This document shows, one piece after another, positions 1-13,115 of a DNA stretch of 64,000 nucleotides; the first letter of the stretch is position 1, and the number at the start of each line of letters is the position of its first letter. The stretch is from Malacoraja senta. Lineage: Eukaryota. The stretch lies in contig CM075992.1 in NCBI GenBank assembly GCA_038087875.1, positions 2,420,001 through 2,484,000 on the forward strand. Reading direction: 5' to 3'. The position numbers and the translations under genes were made by a program. The notes below the pieces were generated by a model. It was not told the origin of the DNA, did no database searches, and worked only from the letters and a program-made list of their open reading frames with translations.

Positions 1-1476
1 CAAGAAACTGCCAAGATGTGAATACAGCTCTGTGCCTCTCACAAACCGGCCCCCCCCCCACCCACCCACCAACGACTCCACTTATGAACACACTGCCTTG
101 GGAAAGCAGCCAATATAATCTAAGACCAGCGGGACAGGCAGCATCTCTGCGTTAAATAAATAGCTGATCACCTATTCCTTTACTCCAGAGTTGCTGCCTG
201 TCCCGCTGAGTTACTCCAGCATTTTGTGTCCATCTTCAGTGTAAACCAGCCATCTGCAGTTCCTTCCTATACATAATCTAAGACCACTTACACCCTGGCT
301 ATTCTTTCCTATCACCTCTTTTGTCGGGCAGAAGGTAGAAAAGCTTGAATGCACATGCCACCAGATTCAAAAACAGCTTCTTCCCTGCTGTAATCAGACC
401 CTTAAACATACCTCTCATATGCTAGGGGCAATCTACCATGCTATTTCATCGCAGTCTCACTTTATTTGTACCTTCTCTGTACCTGTGACAGTATTTTCTA
501 CACTGTTTATTTGTTTTCTTCTGTTAGAGTCATAGAGCGGTAGAGTGATACAGCGTGGAAACAGGCTCTTCGGCCCAACTTGCCAACATGTCCCACCGGC
601 CCATGTTTGGCCCGTATCCCTCCAAACATGTCCTACCCATTGTACCCATGTATGGTATATTTTGCTTGGATAACGCTTCACTTTCTGTTATATAGAACTA
701 GATGGTATGTTTGTGTGAATATTGAAATATCTCCAGATAACTAATCAATGTAATGTTTTTTTTATTTGGTAAGTGAACAACAGGGTCTTATTCCAATTTT
801 TAATTTATTTACTTCTTTTTTTCCCCTATCTATTTAATTTTTTATTTTGATTGCTTTTCTTATTTTGTTTTATTTATGGTGATAGTGTTGCACTGTTTTG
901 TATATATCTCTGTGAAAAAGCAATAATAATTTAAGTGGAAAAAAAAGGATAACGCTTCACTTTCTACCCTCACCTCTTACACTTTCTCCTGCTGCTTAAA
1001 GTAGTTCCATTAACTATTTATCTTCTCATTGTATTTAAAACTATCATCGATGCTGCCTTTTTCTCGACCTCACCACACAACCCATTGACAACTTTAAGCT
1101 TCTTGAGACCATCCTATTTCCTCATCCCCGCTCAGTTCGGGTGGAGCCACTCTCAATGATAGTTTTCCTTCCTACATATGATTTATTAATTTGCGAATTA
1201 GGTCTTGCTTTTTAATTTAGCTCCACTTGGAGGCCTGGGTTGACAAACAGAGCCCTTCCTGTTTTTTTCCTGTCCTTTCTCCAACATGGATCACAACAAC
1301 TAAATTTGTCACAATTTCCTTTCAATATTCTAACAACTTCAGCAACAAAGAGCACAGAAACGGGCCCATCAGCCCATCATGTCCATCTACTGAGTACTGT
1401 GTTTACAAACCAGATATGCTGCTGGTGCAAGTAAGAATTTCATTGTTCAATTATGGTACATATAACAATAAACACT

Positions 1477-2310
1477 GACCTTTCTGTCCTAGGCCTCCTC
1501 CATTGTCAGAGTGAGGCTAAACACAAATTGGAGGAACAGCATCTCATATTTCGCTTGGCGAGCTTACATCCCAGTGGTATGAATATTGATTTCTCTAACT
1601 TCAGGTAACCTCTGTATTCTCTCTCTCTCTCTCTCCATTCTCTCTCTCTCTCTCCATTCCTCCCCCACCCAAATCACACCAGCTTTTCTTTCTCACCTAG
1701 CAAACAGCTAACTATGGCCTGTTTCCTTTATCATTGTTACTTTTTTGCATATTTTTTATTAATGTGTTCTATATCTCTCCACTTCATCGTCTATATCTCT
1801 CATTTCCCTTTCCCGTGACTTTCAGTCTGACAAAGGGTCTTGGCCTGAAACGTCACCCATTCCTTCTCTCCAGAGATGCTGCCTGTCCCGCTGAGTTACT
1901 CCAGCATTTTGTGTCTATTTTCTGACACTAAAACACTCTTGGCTCTTGCTTCCACCACTCTCTCAGGTAATACATTCCAGGTACTCGCCACTCCCTGGAT
2001 GAAAAATGTTTCCTTCAGATCCCCTCGAAATTCCTTACCTGTTACCTTAAATCTGTGTCCTCTAGTTGTCCTGTTTGCTTTGTTACCTTCTCCCAACTAA
2101 CAATGATCTATTCTACATTTTCCTTGATCTCCATTCTCTGTGTCCTGTTTTCACACCCTACACTTCTTTATCTATGCACTTCCTTATCTATGTACCTCCC
2201 ACTCTCCTGACATCAGTCTGAAGAAGGGTCACGACCCGAAACGTCACCCATTCCTTCTCTCCAGAGATGCTGCCTGTTACGCTGATTTATTCCAGCATTT
2301 TGTGTCTATC
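1477..2310 (+). mobile_element. Penelope-like 3' fragments (two pLTR ends with a CR1 relic between them)
   Basis: Matches the reverse complement of 11384-11700. Related pieces occur at 14368-14783, 18362-18551, 20421-20660, 24490-24997 and in many shorter copies. Confidence 0.75.
2214..2250 (+). ncRNA. Minimal type-I hammerhead ribozyme motif of the Penelope pLTR (representative copy)
   Basis: CTGAAGA (2218-2224), extra A, stem II GGGTC/GACCC, GAAA (2238-2241), palindromic ACGT stem III, predicted cleavage after C2245. Confidence 0.6.
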
Positions 2311-4610
2311 CTCAAGTTGTATTCATCTCTGATATGGGGCAACATTTTGTGCAGACTACTCCACCTACACCCCTTTTAATTTTATATACCTTAATCGTGT
2401 TACCTCTTAACCTACTCCACTCCAGGGAAAACAGACCTAGTCTCTCCTCATAATTGAAGTACTCCAACATATAGTTGTCTCAAACAGAATGCTTCATACA
2501 CAGAGTAAGGTATAGAATCTGATCAGAGGGAAATTTGGGAAAATGAAAGAAGGCAATTCTCTCTCTTGCCTCATATACTTGGAGAGCTTCATACAAACAT
2601 GAGGCAGAAAGTGACTGTTAGTGTGTTCATTCAGGAAAAGTATTTATAAATAAAATACTAAAGTTACAGAAGAGCAGTGTGTATGTCGAAAGTGCAGGAA
2701 GCCTTCACTGGGCCGAGACTCTTCTGTGTAAATAAGTCTGAAGTAGATGATGCAATCCTGAATTCTTTCAGATTGTGTGAGTAGGAGAATATTTTGACAT
2801 ATAAGGAAGTATGGAGTATCTGGGCAATTTGCTGCAGATGGTGGCCACATCTGGTCAGAAGGATGGCCAACGTGCTAATTACAGCATTTTAGAGCATAAG
2901 GCTTTCCAGAGAGAAGAAAGGCAAAGCTTTGACAATTTTATATTTCAGGAGATGGAATGTTGTTAGGATGGTGTTGTCTTGAAAATGGTGAGGTATTAAG
3001 CGAATATTTCCCATGATAGACCACAAAATGCTGGAGTAGCAGGACAGGAAGCATCTCTGGGGAGAAGGAATGGGTGACGTTTTGGGTCGAGACCCTTCTT
3101 CAGACTGTCACAGAGGGCTGTGGAGGCTAAGTCAGTGGATATTTTAAGGCAGAGATAGACAAATTCTTGATTAGAACGGGTGTCCAGGGTTATGGGGAGA
3201 AGGCAGGAAAATGGGATTAGGAGGCAGAGATCAGCCATGACCGAATGGCGGAGTAGACTCGATGGGCTAAATGGCCTAATTCTACCGCTATAACTTGTGA
3301 ACCTGTGCACTCAATACTTCCCACTCCATTCACTGGCTGGAGAAGTTAGTGATTTGCAGCAGATGGAATTTTGAGGCAAATGATCAATTAAAAGGAGGTA
3401 ATAGATGTCTGAACAGGTTTATAGATGGATAAATGATGGGAAGAGATTGCTGAGTCTCTTCAGCCACATAAGAGGTGCCAAATGACAGTGGTACCTTTAT
3501 CCAAGATGGGGAACAAATATAAGCCAGGTAGTTACACATTGGTGAATCTATCATCAGAGATAAGGAACTTATTGGAAAACATTCTGAGCGACAGGAATAA
3601 TTTGCACTTGGAGGGCAATGTGGCTTTGATAAGGGAAGACTGTCTGTTAAATTGATTGAGTTTTTCAAAGGTTTAGATAAGTGTGTCAATGAGGGTAATG
3701 CAATGGATGTCATCTAGAATTACTCAAGCAAGGTCTTTGACAAAGACTGACTTGAGAGCCTGATTCAACTTTAACAGCCCGTGGGATCCAGGGACTTGGT
3801 AGATTCAACATTTATTTCCTAGGTAATAGGAGGAGAAAGGATGGCTGAGATTTGTTTTTGGATGTTGGTTGAGAGTCGTCAAAAGAAAGGTCTCGCCCCG
3901 AAACGTCACCCATTCCTTCTCTCCAGAGATGCTGCCTGTCCCGCTGAGTGACTCCAGCATTTTGTGGCAATCTTTTGTTTAAACCAGCATCTACAGTTCC
4001 TTCCTACACATGCAATGCATTGAACTTGTTGGGGGCGGAGGGGATGTGTTGTGATGAGCGATTCTGCCGATTCCACTGTGCAGCTGTTTACAGTGTACAA
4101 GGCTTGCAAAGATAGATGTGAACCTGTGTAAATAAGCTGCGACTCTGGCTTGGTATGGAGTGGAGATGTGCAGGCAAAACTGCTTTACCTTTTTACAAAC
4201 ACTCTCATAATTAAAGGCAACAAATCATTTGTCTTCCTAATTGTTCGCCGTGTCTGCAAGGTGATGTGTACATGGACATGTACGTGCTTGTGAACACCCA
4301 AAATATCCTCCTTTTAGATTTTGTGCTCTAAGTGGATGACCTCATATTTTTCACCGCACATCCCATTTGGGAATGCTCCTCCAATTCTTGCATCCTTATT
4401 TTTTGTGAAGAGGGAAGAATGAGTCCATTCAAGCATTTTGATGAAAATCAGTCAGGACAACATGACATTCTTTCAATTCAAGACAACAGACTGTTAAATT
4501 ATCCTGTTTACAGTTAAGTTCAAAGCCACTGGCTATCTTCCAGTGTAATTGCAAATGGCTCAAGGATTCTTGGTTTAGACACAGTGCTGGAGTAACTCAG
4601 CGGGTCAGGC

Positions 4611-6020
4611 AGCAAAGTTCTTAAATGCTTGGCTGGTGAATTGCCTGCCATTATCAGATTGAATTCGCGCAGGGGAGCCATGCACGGAGAGGTGTCGTTG
4701 CAGCTTCTCGATCACTGCCTCTGAGGAAATGGTCTCCAGTAGGTCTATTTCGAACCAGCCCGAGTAAGAGTCGACAAGAACCAGATAGTGTTTTCCATGC
4801 CATTCGAAGATGTCGGTAGCCAAGAAGGACTCAAGAAGAGAAGGGACTGGTTGGGGCAGGAGAGGCTGCTTTTGCTGATGTGGCGCCAGGCTGTTGCAGA
4901 CAGCGCACGTTTTGGTCATGTATTTGGTCATCCCGGGCCAGTAAAACATGCTTTGAGCCTGTTGGAGGGTTTCCTCCGCTCCAGGATGGCCCCTGTGGAT
5001 GTCGTTGTATTTGTTCCGTAGTGCGGCTGGGACCACTGCCTTGTGGCCCTTGACTATGATTCCGTCCTGCAGCACTAGTTCGTCACAAACCAGGAAGTAG
5101 GGTCGTATCTCGAGCGGGGTGTTTGACTGTTTGTGGGGCCAACCGGCCCGTATGACTGTGGACAGCAATTGTAAAGTCTCATCAGCAGCCGTGTGTTCGG
5201 CTAGGCGGCGTAAACCATCAGTCGGCGCAAACAAAACCTTCATGACTGAGAATTCATCTTGTTCGGACAGGTGCTGTTCATTGGTTCTGCGCGGGGCTCT
5301 GGATAGCGTGTCTGCTATGTGCATGTCTTTACCTTTCTTGTAGACGATGAGAAAATCAAAGCACTGAGGCTGCATCATCATCCGTTGCAGTCGTGCTGGG
5401 GCAGCATGAATCGGCTTGTTCAGAATAGTGACCAGCGGCTGGTTCAGTGTCAGTTCAGTGTTGCGAAGCAGCTCAGCTCTCAGCTTGCTATCAATCATGC
5501 CCCCCACCAGTTTTTCTCTCACGAGTTCATCCCGTAACTCACCAAATCGACAACGCGCAGCCATGTGTTTTAGGCCGTTAATAAATCGTTCAATAGGTTC
5601 ATCGACCTGCTGCAAACGAGCATCAAACTTTGTTCTTTCAATTATATGGTTGGAAGGCATATCACACAGTTCTCTGAATTTTCTGAGCAGATCCACAGGG
5701 TCATCTATAGTCTCGGCAGGAACTAGGACCTGCCCGTTGCCATCCAAAACAGCAGGAGCAAATTCGTAGTTGTCAGCTCGATTCATTGCCTCGGGACCCG
5801 CAAGATTAAGCAGAACAGACGCACTCACTTCAGGAGGGTCATTCCGATGAACGATGCGAGTATAATGAGTGAAGTCACGCTCGAAAAGACGCCATCGCTC
5901 AGCAATGTCGGTCAAAGATCAGAGGGCTCGGTCGATGACAAGAATTAGCCATAACGTAGATAACAGAGGCACAAAATAATTAAAGAAAATAAAACCCGAT
6001 AAACTTAGCGGAGTAGGTCA
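4611..6020 (-). mobile_element. Ty3/Gypsy LTR-retrotransposon internal fragment (gag fused to RNase H end + integrase; no LTRs)
   Basis: ORF 4605-5915: gag-like ERTKFDARLQQVDEPIERFI..LKHMAARCRFG, then PLVTIL..ARLQRM..YKKGKDMHIADTLSR, HHCC zinc finger (HRGHPG..YWPGM..CAVC), integrase core LVLVDSYSGW...SDNGRQF. Confidence 0.93.
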
Positions 6021-8705
6021 TCAGTAGGTCGGAGTAGACAGCACCCATAGTCAGGATCGAACCCGGGTCTCTGGCGCTGTAAGTGCTGTAAGGCAACAAC
6101 TCTACCGCTGCGCCACCGTGCCGCCCAACGGCACTGCTCACTCTAGTACATTTTGTAATGCTTTGAGGGATTCTGGCTACAGCACCTTTGTAGATTGTGA
6201 ATTCTAGGCACTCACCACTGTCTGGCTGAAAACATTTCCCTTTAATCCCCTCTAATTCTTCAATCTATAAAACCTGAAGCCTCACTGCGACGAGAAGTAA
6301 AAATTGATTCGATTCACTCGTTCCGCAGTTCTCATAGTTTTAAATATTGCTCCAAAATATAATTGTAATTATCGGTACATTGGTCAACAGCCAGGGAGTG
6401 CGGAAAACCGAGTTTGAATGGGTCAGCAAATATTTGGCAAACACTTGGCACTGAAGGCTGGGCCCCATTCACCAGGATTGCTGTTCTCAAGTGTCGAGCT
6501 GAAGGTTAAATGAAAGGCACCCAAAGTTATTTAACTGCTTTGCACAAGTCAAATGCAGGATGTTTTAAGGAATATAAAAAATTGTTGCTTCCTATTCACA
6601 ATAATAAAAAAAAAAAATTTGTAAGGAATAATCATAAGGAAAAAATAATCAGTAGAATGAGTATTTTGAGGCGAAGTTCTTCCTCTATTCTTAACTTCAC
6701 TTAATAAACTCCTCACACAAAAACTGTTCAGCATTGGCTCCTTACCTTACTGAGGGTCAGTTGCAGTAAACTCCACACTGGCTATGCGGTGAACACCAGT
6801 AAAACTTCTGATTTTAGTTTCGTTTGGAGATATACGACGGAAACAGGCCCTTCGGCCCACCAAGTCCGCGCTGGCCAGCGATCCCCGCACACTAACATTG
6901 TCCTACACCAGGGACAATTTTTACATTTATCCAAGCCAACCAGCCTACAAACCTGTACGTCTTTGGAGTGTGGGAGGAAACCGGAGCACCCGGAGAAAAC
7001 CCACGCAGGTCACGGGGAGAACATACAAACTCCGTACAGACAGCACCCAGGTCTCCGTCACAAAGGGTGGTAGGTGTATGGAACGGGCTGTCAGAGGAGG
7101 TAGTTGAGGAAGGGACTATTGGAACATTTAAAGAGGTACATGGATAGGACAGATTTAGAGGGATATACTGTAGGCCAAACGCAGTCAGGTGGGACAAGGG
7201 TACATGGGACATGTTGGCCGGTGTGGGCAAGTTGGGCCGAAGGGCCTGTTTCACGTTGTAAGCCTCTATGACTATGACTCCAAGCTATTTATACCCATGG
7301 CCCAGAGCTGACCTCCCAGTCATTTCTCATCCTCTGGAGGGGAAGTCACTCACGGTGTCTCTGTGTTTGCCCAGATACAATGTGTGCTGGAGGGGGAGGT
7401 GAGGCTGTGAATCCGCTCACTACCACTCTGTGGTGCGGGCTGTGGGCAGGTGTTTACAGGAACTTCTCTACCACTGTAAGTCAGTCCTGAATCGGCAGAG
7501 AATGTGGAAAGGACATGCCCTGGGCTGCAAAATGAAAGAACAGAAACTTCAATAGAATTAGGAGCAACGTGGGAACAACCGATTGAGAGGAAGTATTAAG
7601 GCTCGGTCATTTACAAAATGGGGAATTAGTGAATGGTGTTCCTTAAAAGCATCATGAACAGCTGATGCTGGAAATCTGGAATTAAAGAGAGAATACTGGA
7701 AACACTCAGCGGTCAGGTAGGGAGAAACAGATTGATGTTCTTTTGTTAGTACCAAAGTTTACTCTGATTCCTTCTCCACACATGCTGCCTGTCCTGCTAA
7801 ATATCTCCAACTTCTACAGATGCGCAGTAGAAAGCATTTTCACAGCATGGTTTGGGAACAGCTCCATCCAAGACTTTTACTGGACTTTATCTTGCACTAA
7901 ACATTATTCACGTTATTCCCTTTTGTCATGTATCTCTACACTGTGGGCGGCTCGATTGTAATCATGTATTGTCTTTCCGCTGACTGGATAGCACGCAGCA
8001 AAAGCTCTTCTCTGTACCTCGGTACACGTGACAATAAACTAAATTAAATTAAACTAAACTAAATCGAAACTAAACATCTCATGTTTTGTTTAAGAAGGAA
8101 CTGCAGATGCTGGACAATTGAAGGTAGACAAAAATGCTGGAGAAACTAAGTGGGTGAGGCAGCATCTATGGAGCGAAGGAAATAGGCGACATTTCTCAGA
8201 CTGAAGTGAGGGTGGGGAGTTCGGGAAGACAGTTAGTTGAGGGAGAGCTGGGAAGGGGAGGGGAAAGAGGGAGAAAGCAGGGACTAATGTATTGTATCTC
8301 ATGTTTTGTATACCCTTATATCAATCACCATTTGCAGTTATGTGCTACACCCATTCAAAGGCCATTCACAAGCACAACCATCAAGATAGTTTGTCACTAA
8401 GTCATTCAGGAAAGGATGTGGGTAGGTAACGCAAAAATATACTTGAAAGAACTGTAGGATTTAAGGAAAGCTGAAGAAGTAAAAAGAGGTTGTGAATTCT
8501 AAGAGGAGGAAGATTCAGAGCCAACAGCTGCCATTGAGTCAAATCCTGAAAGATCAAGTAGCCAGAATTAGCAATGCGGAAATGGAAGACAGCGGAACTG
8601 TGAGAGGTTACTAATACAGGGAGCACGAGGCAATTAGAGGGAACCAAAAATGCAGAAGAGCATTTTTAAATGAATGAATTGCCAAACTGACAACTCATTA
8701 AGTGT

Positions 8706-8921
8706 TAAAGAAGGAACTGCAGATGCTGGAAAATCGAAGGTACACAAAAATGCTGGAGAAACTCAGCGGGTGCAGCAGCATCTATGGAGCGAAGGAAATA
8801 GGTAACGTTTCGGGCCGAAACCCTTCTTCGTCTGAAGAAGGGTTTCGGCCCGAAACGTTACCTATTTCCTTCGCTCCATAGATGCTGCTGCACCCGCTGA
8901 GTTTCTCCAGCATTTTTGTGT
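8706..8921. mobile_element. Young inverted Penelope pLTR pair with 14-bp target-site duplication
   Basis: Perfect 88-bp arms 8742-8829 / 8834-8921, flanked by aactcattaagtgt (8692-8705, 8922-8935). The empty site is present in copy 2 near 40410. Confidence 0.88.
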
Positions 8922-9610
8922 AACTCATTAAGTGTGGTCACCTGAGCCAAGATAATGAGTGAATGGGGTTTGGGGCAAGAACACCAGGGTTGTGGAGGAG
9001 CTCTGGTTTATGGACAGTGAAAGGGGTGAGATTGGCTCAGTATGTGGTGGATTGATTGAGTTTCTGGGAAAGAAGGGCAAGGGTGAGGGTCACAGCAGCA
9101 GAGTGGTGATGTTGTAAAGGACGAAACACATGTTACTGGTGATGGGGAAGATGTGGCGTCAGAAGTTCTATCCTGGGTTAATGGTTCATCATAAGAATGT
9201 CTATGTTAAGCAACTGTAGTCACAGAGGTAATGTTGGGAAAGGCAGCAGTCAATTTTAACAAGCTAATCTGCCACAATCTATCATATAATGTTATGAGAG
9301 GCATAGATAGGGTAGACAATCAGAACCTTTCTCCCAGCATGGAAATGTCCAACACTAGAGGGCATATCTATAAGGTGAGAGGGGTAAAGATAAATGAAGA
9401 TGTGCAGGACATGGGCACGTTTTTTACACAGTGAGTGGTGGGAGCCTGGAACGTAATGCCAGGGGTAAGTTTAGTTTAGAGATACAGCGCGGAAACAGAC
9501 CCTTCGGCCCAAGTCTGTGCGACCAGCGATCCCCGTACACTGACACTAACCCACGCGCACTGGGGACAATTTACAATTTTAACAAAGCCAATTGGCCTAC
9601 AAACCTGTAT

Positions 9611-10273
9611 AAACATAGAAACATAGAAAACAGGTGCAGGAGTAGGCCATTCAGCCCTTCGAGCCTGCACCGCCATTCAATATGATCATGGCTGATCATC
9701 CAACTCAGTATCCCATCCCTGCCTTCTCTCCATACCCCCTGATCCCTTTAGCCACAAGGGCCCTATCTAACTCCCTCTTAAAAATAGCCAATGAACTGGC
9801 CTCAACTACTTTCTGTGGCAGAGAATTCCATAGATTCACCACTCTGTGTGTGAAAAAAAATATTCTCATCTCGGTCCTCAAAGACTTCCCCCTTATCCTT
9901 AAACTGTGACCTCTTGCTCTGGACTTACCCAACATCGAGAACAATCTTCATGCATCTAGCCTGTCCAACCCCTTAAGAATTTTGTACGTTTCTATAAGAC
10001 CCCCCCACAATCTTCCAAATTCTAGCGAGTGCAAGCCGAGTCTATCCAGTCTTTCTTCATATGAAAGTCCTGCCATCCCAGGAATCAGTCTGGTGAACCT
10101 TCTCTGCACTCCCTCTATGGCAAGAACGTCTTTCTTCAGATAAGGAGACCAAAACTGTACGCAATACTCCAGGTGTGGTCTCACCAAGGCCCTGTAAAAC
10201 TGCAGTAGAACCTCCCTGCTCCTATACTCAAATCCTTTTGCAATGAATGCTAACATACCATTCGCTTTCTTCT
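9611..10273 (-). mobile_element. CR1 LINE 3' fragment inserted in a SINE
   Basis: LVRPHLEYCVQFWSP..IEGVQRRFTRLIPGM..FFTHRVVNLWNSLP with a (TTTCTATG)n tail. Absent at the paralogous site ~41095. Confidence 0.92.
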
Positions 10274-11383
10274 AATGTGGGAGAAAACCGGAGATCCCGG
10301 AGAAAACCCACACAGGTCCCGGGGAGAACATACAATCTCCGTACAGACAGCAGCACCTAGTTAGGATCGTACCTGGGTTTCTGGTGCTGTAAGGCAGCAA
10401 CTCTACCACTGTGCCACCACCAATGGTGGCGAGAGATATGATAGTGGTGTTCACGAGGCTTTTAGATAGGCACGGAGGTACAGGAAATACAGGGATATGG
10501 ATCATGTACAGGCAGATGAGATCAGTTTAACTTGGCATCAGACATTGTAGGCTGAAAGGCCCCGTCCTATGCTGTACTGTTCTACAAACTGCGCTTTGGT
10601 TACAACTAGATGATCTTTGTTTGAGATGTTGATTGAAGGATAAACATTAGTCAGGACACAGTTAATAACTTCTCATCTTTATAGTTCTATGGAATCTTGA
10701 ACATCCGCGTAGGAGAGCAGACAAGAGCTCAGCTTAACGTGCAGTGTGAGAGATGGGCTTCTTTTTAATGTTTCCTCCTCAGTGTTGCACCAGAGCAACA
10801 GTGTGGGCATCTCTCTGCTCAAACCTCTGGCTTGGGACTTGAACTCAGACCATTTTGACTCTCGGATAAAGTGTGAACCATTGGTTCACAGCTGATGTCC
10901 ATCATTGTTCCAGATGCTGGCCGGGAATAGGGATGGGGAGAGTGTATAAAGTGTGTGCCAGGGCCCAGGATAATGGTTTTAGAACAGAACAGTACAGCAC
11001 AGGAACGGGCCCTTCAGCCCATAATATCTGTGCCGGGCATAATGCCAACAAGCTCTTATCTGCCTGCACATATCCCATATCCCTCCATTCCCTGCATATC
11101 CATGTGCCAATCCAAAAATCTCTTAAATGTCATTATCATATCTGGCTCAACCATAAAGTCATAAGGTCACAAGGAATAGTAGAATTAGGCTATTCGGCCC
11201 ATCAAGTCTGCACCATTCAATCATGGTTGATCTAACCCCATTCTCCTGCCTTCTCCCCATAACCTCTGACACCTGTGCTAATCAAGAATCTATCTATTTC
11301 AGCCTTAAAAATATCCACTACAGCCTTCTGTGGCAAAGAATTCCACAGATTCACCACCCTCTGGCTAAAGACATTCATTCCTG

Positions 11384-12267
11384 GTAGACAAAAATGCTGG
11401 AGAAACTCAGCGGGTGAGGCAGCATCTATGGAGCGAAGGAAATAGGAAACGTTTCGGGTCGAGACCCTTCTTCAGACTGATGCGAGGGGGGGGGGGGCGG
11501 GAAGAAGAAAGGAAGAGGTGGAGACAGTGGGCTGAGGGGAACTGAGAAGGGGAGGAGAAAGCAGGGACAACCTGAAATTAGAGGTCAATGTTCATACCGC
11601 TGGGGTGCAAACTGCCCAAGCGAAATATGAGATGCCTTTACAGACAATTTACGGTGGTCCTCACTCTGGCCATGGAGGAGGCCCAGGACAGAAAGGTCGG
11701 ATTTGGAATGGGAGGGGGAGTTGAACTGCTGATCCACCGCGAGATCAGGTAGGTTAATGCGAACCGAGTGGAGGTGTTGGGCGAAGCGATCGCCAAGCCT
11801 ACTCTTGGTCACACCAATGTAGAGCAGCTGACACCTAGAGCAGCGGATGCAATAGATGAGGTTGGAGGAGGTGCAGGTGAACCTCTGTCACACCTGGAAA
11901 GACTGCTTGGGTCCTTGAATGGAGTCGAGGGGGGAGGTAAAGCGACAAGCGTAGCATTTCCTGCGGTTGCAAGGGAAAGTGCCCGGAGAGGGGGTGGTTT
12001 GGGTGGGAAGGGACGAATTGACCAGGGAGTTACGGAGGGAGCGGTCTCTGCGGAAAGCAGACAGGGGAGGAGATGGGAAGATATGGCCGGTGGTGGGATC
12101 CCGTTGGAGGTGGCGAAAATGTCGGAGGATTATTTGTTGTACGTGACGGCTGGTAAGGTGGAAGGTGAGGACTAGGGGGACTCTGTCCTTGTTATGAGTG
12201 GGGGGGATGGGGAGTGAGAGCAGTGTTACTGGGTATAGAAGAGACCCTGGTGAGAGCCTCATCTATG
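11384..12267 (-). mobile_element. Penelope-like retroelement 3' fragment (GIY-YIG endonuclease region + pLTR)
   Basis: Translated pieces RVPLVLTFH, GTFPCNRRKCYAC and TKSRLGDRFAQHL..V..QFNSPSHS are typical of Penelope-like EN domains. They run directly into the ubiquitous CTGAAGAAGGGTCTCGACCCGAAACG repeat. Confidence 0.88.
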
Positions 12268-12810
12268 CACCCTGATCCAGGCATCATCCTGTTAAACCTC
12301 CACTGCACTGGGGGGAATAGAGCAGTTAGCTGTCTGAATAGAATATAGCTGTGTGAAGATGGGTCTCAACACAAAACGTCATCCATTCCTTCTCTCTAGA
12401 GATGCTGCCTGGTCCGCTGAGTTACTTCAGCATTTTGTCTATCTTCGCTGTAAACCAGCATCTGCAGTTTCTTCCTACACAGAACAGTTAGCAAGCTTGT
12501 CTCACAGCTCCAACGACTTGTGTTCCATCCCACCCTCTGGTGCTGTCTGTATGGAGTTAGCATTCTCTCCCTATCACTGCTTCCTGGGAGCCCTGGTTAT
12601 CACTCACAACCCGGTAAATAGGTTAACAGGATGTTGTAATTTACTCTGAGTGTAGGAGGGTGGAAAGGGAATCAGAGGCATTCATAGTTGTGTGAAAGCA
12701 AATAGGTTAAGAGGAAATAAATGGGGAATTGGGACAAATGGCACTGCTCTGAGATCTAGTGTATACTCAATGGGCTGAATGACCTTTTATATCGTAATGA
12801 AATACATTAA

Positions 12811-13115
12811 GGGTGGCACGGTGGCTCAGCGGGAGTTGCTGCCTTACAGCGCCAGAGACCCGGGTTCGATCCTGACTACGGGTGCTGTCAGAACGGAGTT
12901 TGTACATTCTCCCCGTGACCCATGTGGGTTTTCTCCAGGTGCTCCGATTTCCACCCACACTCCAAAGATGTACAGGTTTGCAGGTTAATAGGCTTGGTTT
13001 AATTGTAAATTGTCCCCAGTGAGTGTAGGATAGTTTTAGTGTGCTGGTATCGCTGGTCGGTGTGGATTCGGTGAGCCAAAGGGCCTGTTTCCGTGCTGTA
13101 TCTCTAAACTAAACT
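12811..13115 (+). mobile_element. Full-length tRNA-derived V-SINE-type element (representative)
   Basis: A box TGGCTCAGCGG, B box GGTTCGATCC, central GTTTGTACATTCTCCCCGTG domain, CR1-like tail ending (TAAAC)n. Other copies near 6820, 20225, 20900, 21720, 22168, 22984, 27318, 31208, 32590, 34620, 38612, 39660, 40955. Confidence 0.88.

Noticed and set aside
2140..2379. Recurrent short ORFs with LKKGLDPKRHPFLLSRDAA
   Set aside because: Translations of the non-coding Penelope terminal repeat, not a gene family.
12811..12885. tRNA-like A/B boxes
   Set aside because: These are SINE heads followed by SINE body and tail, with no complete cloverleaf.
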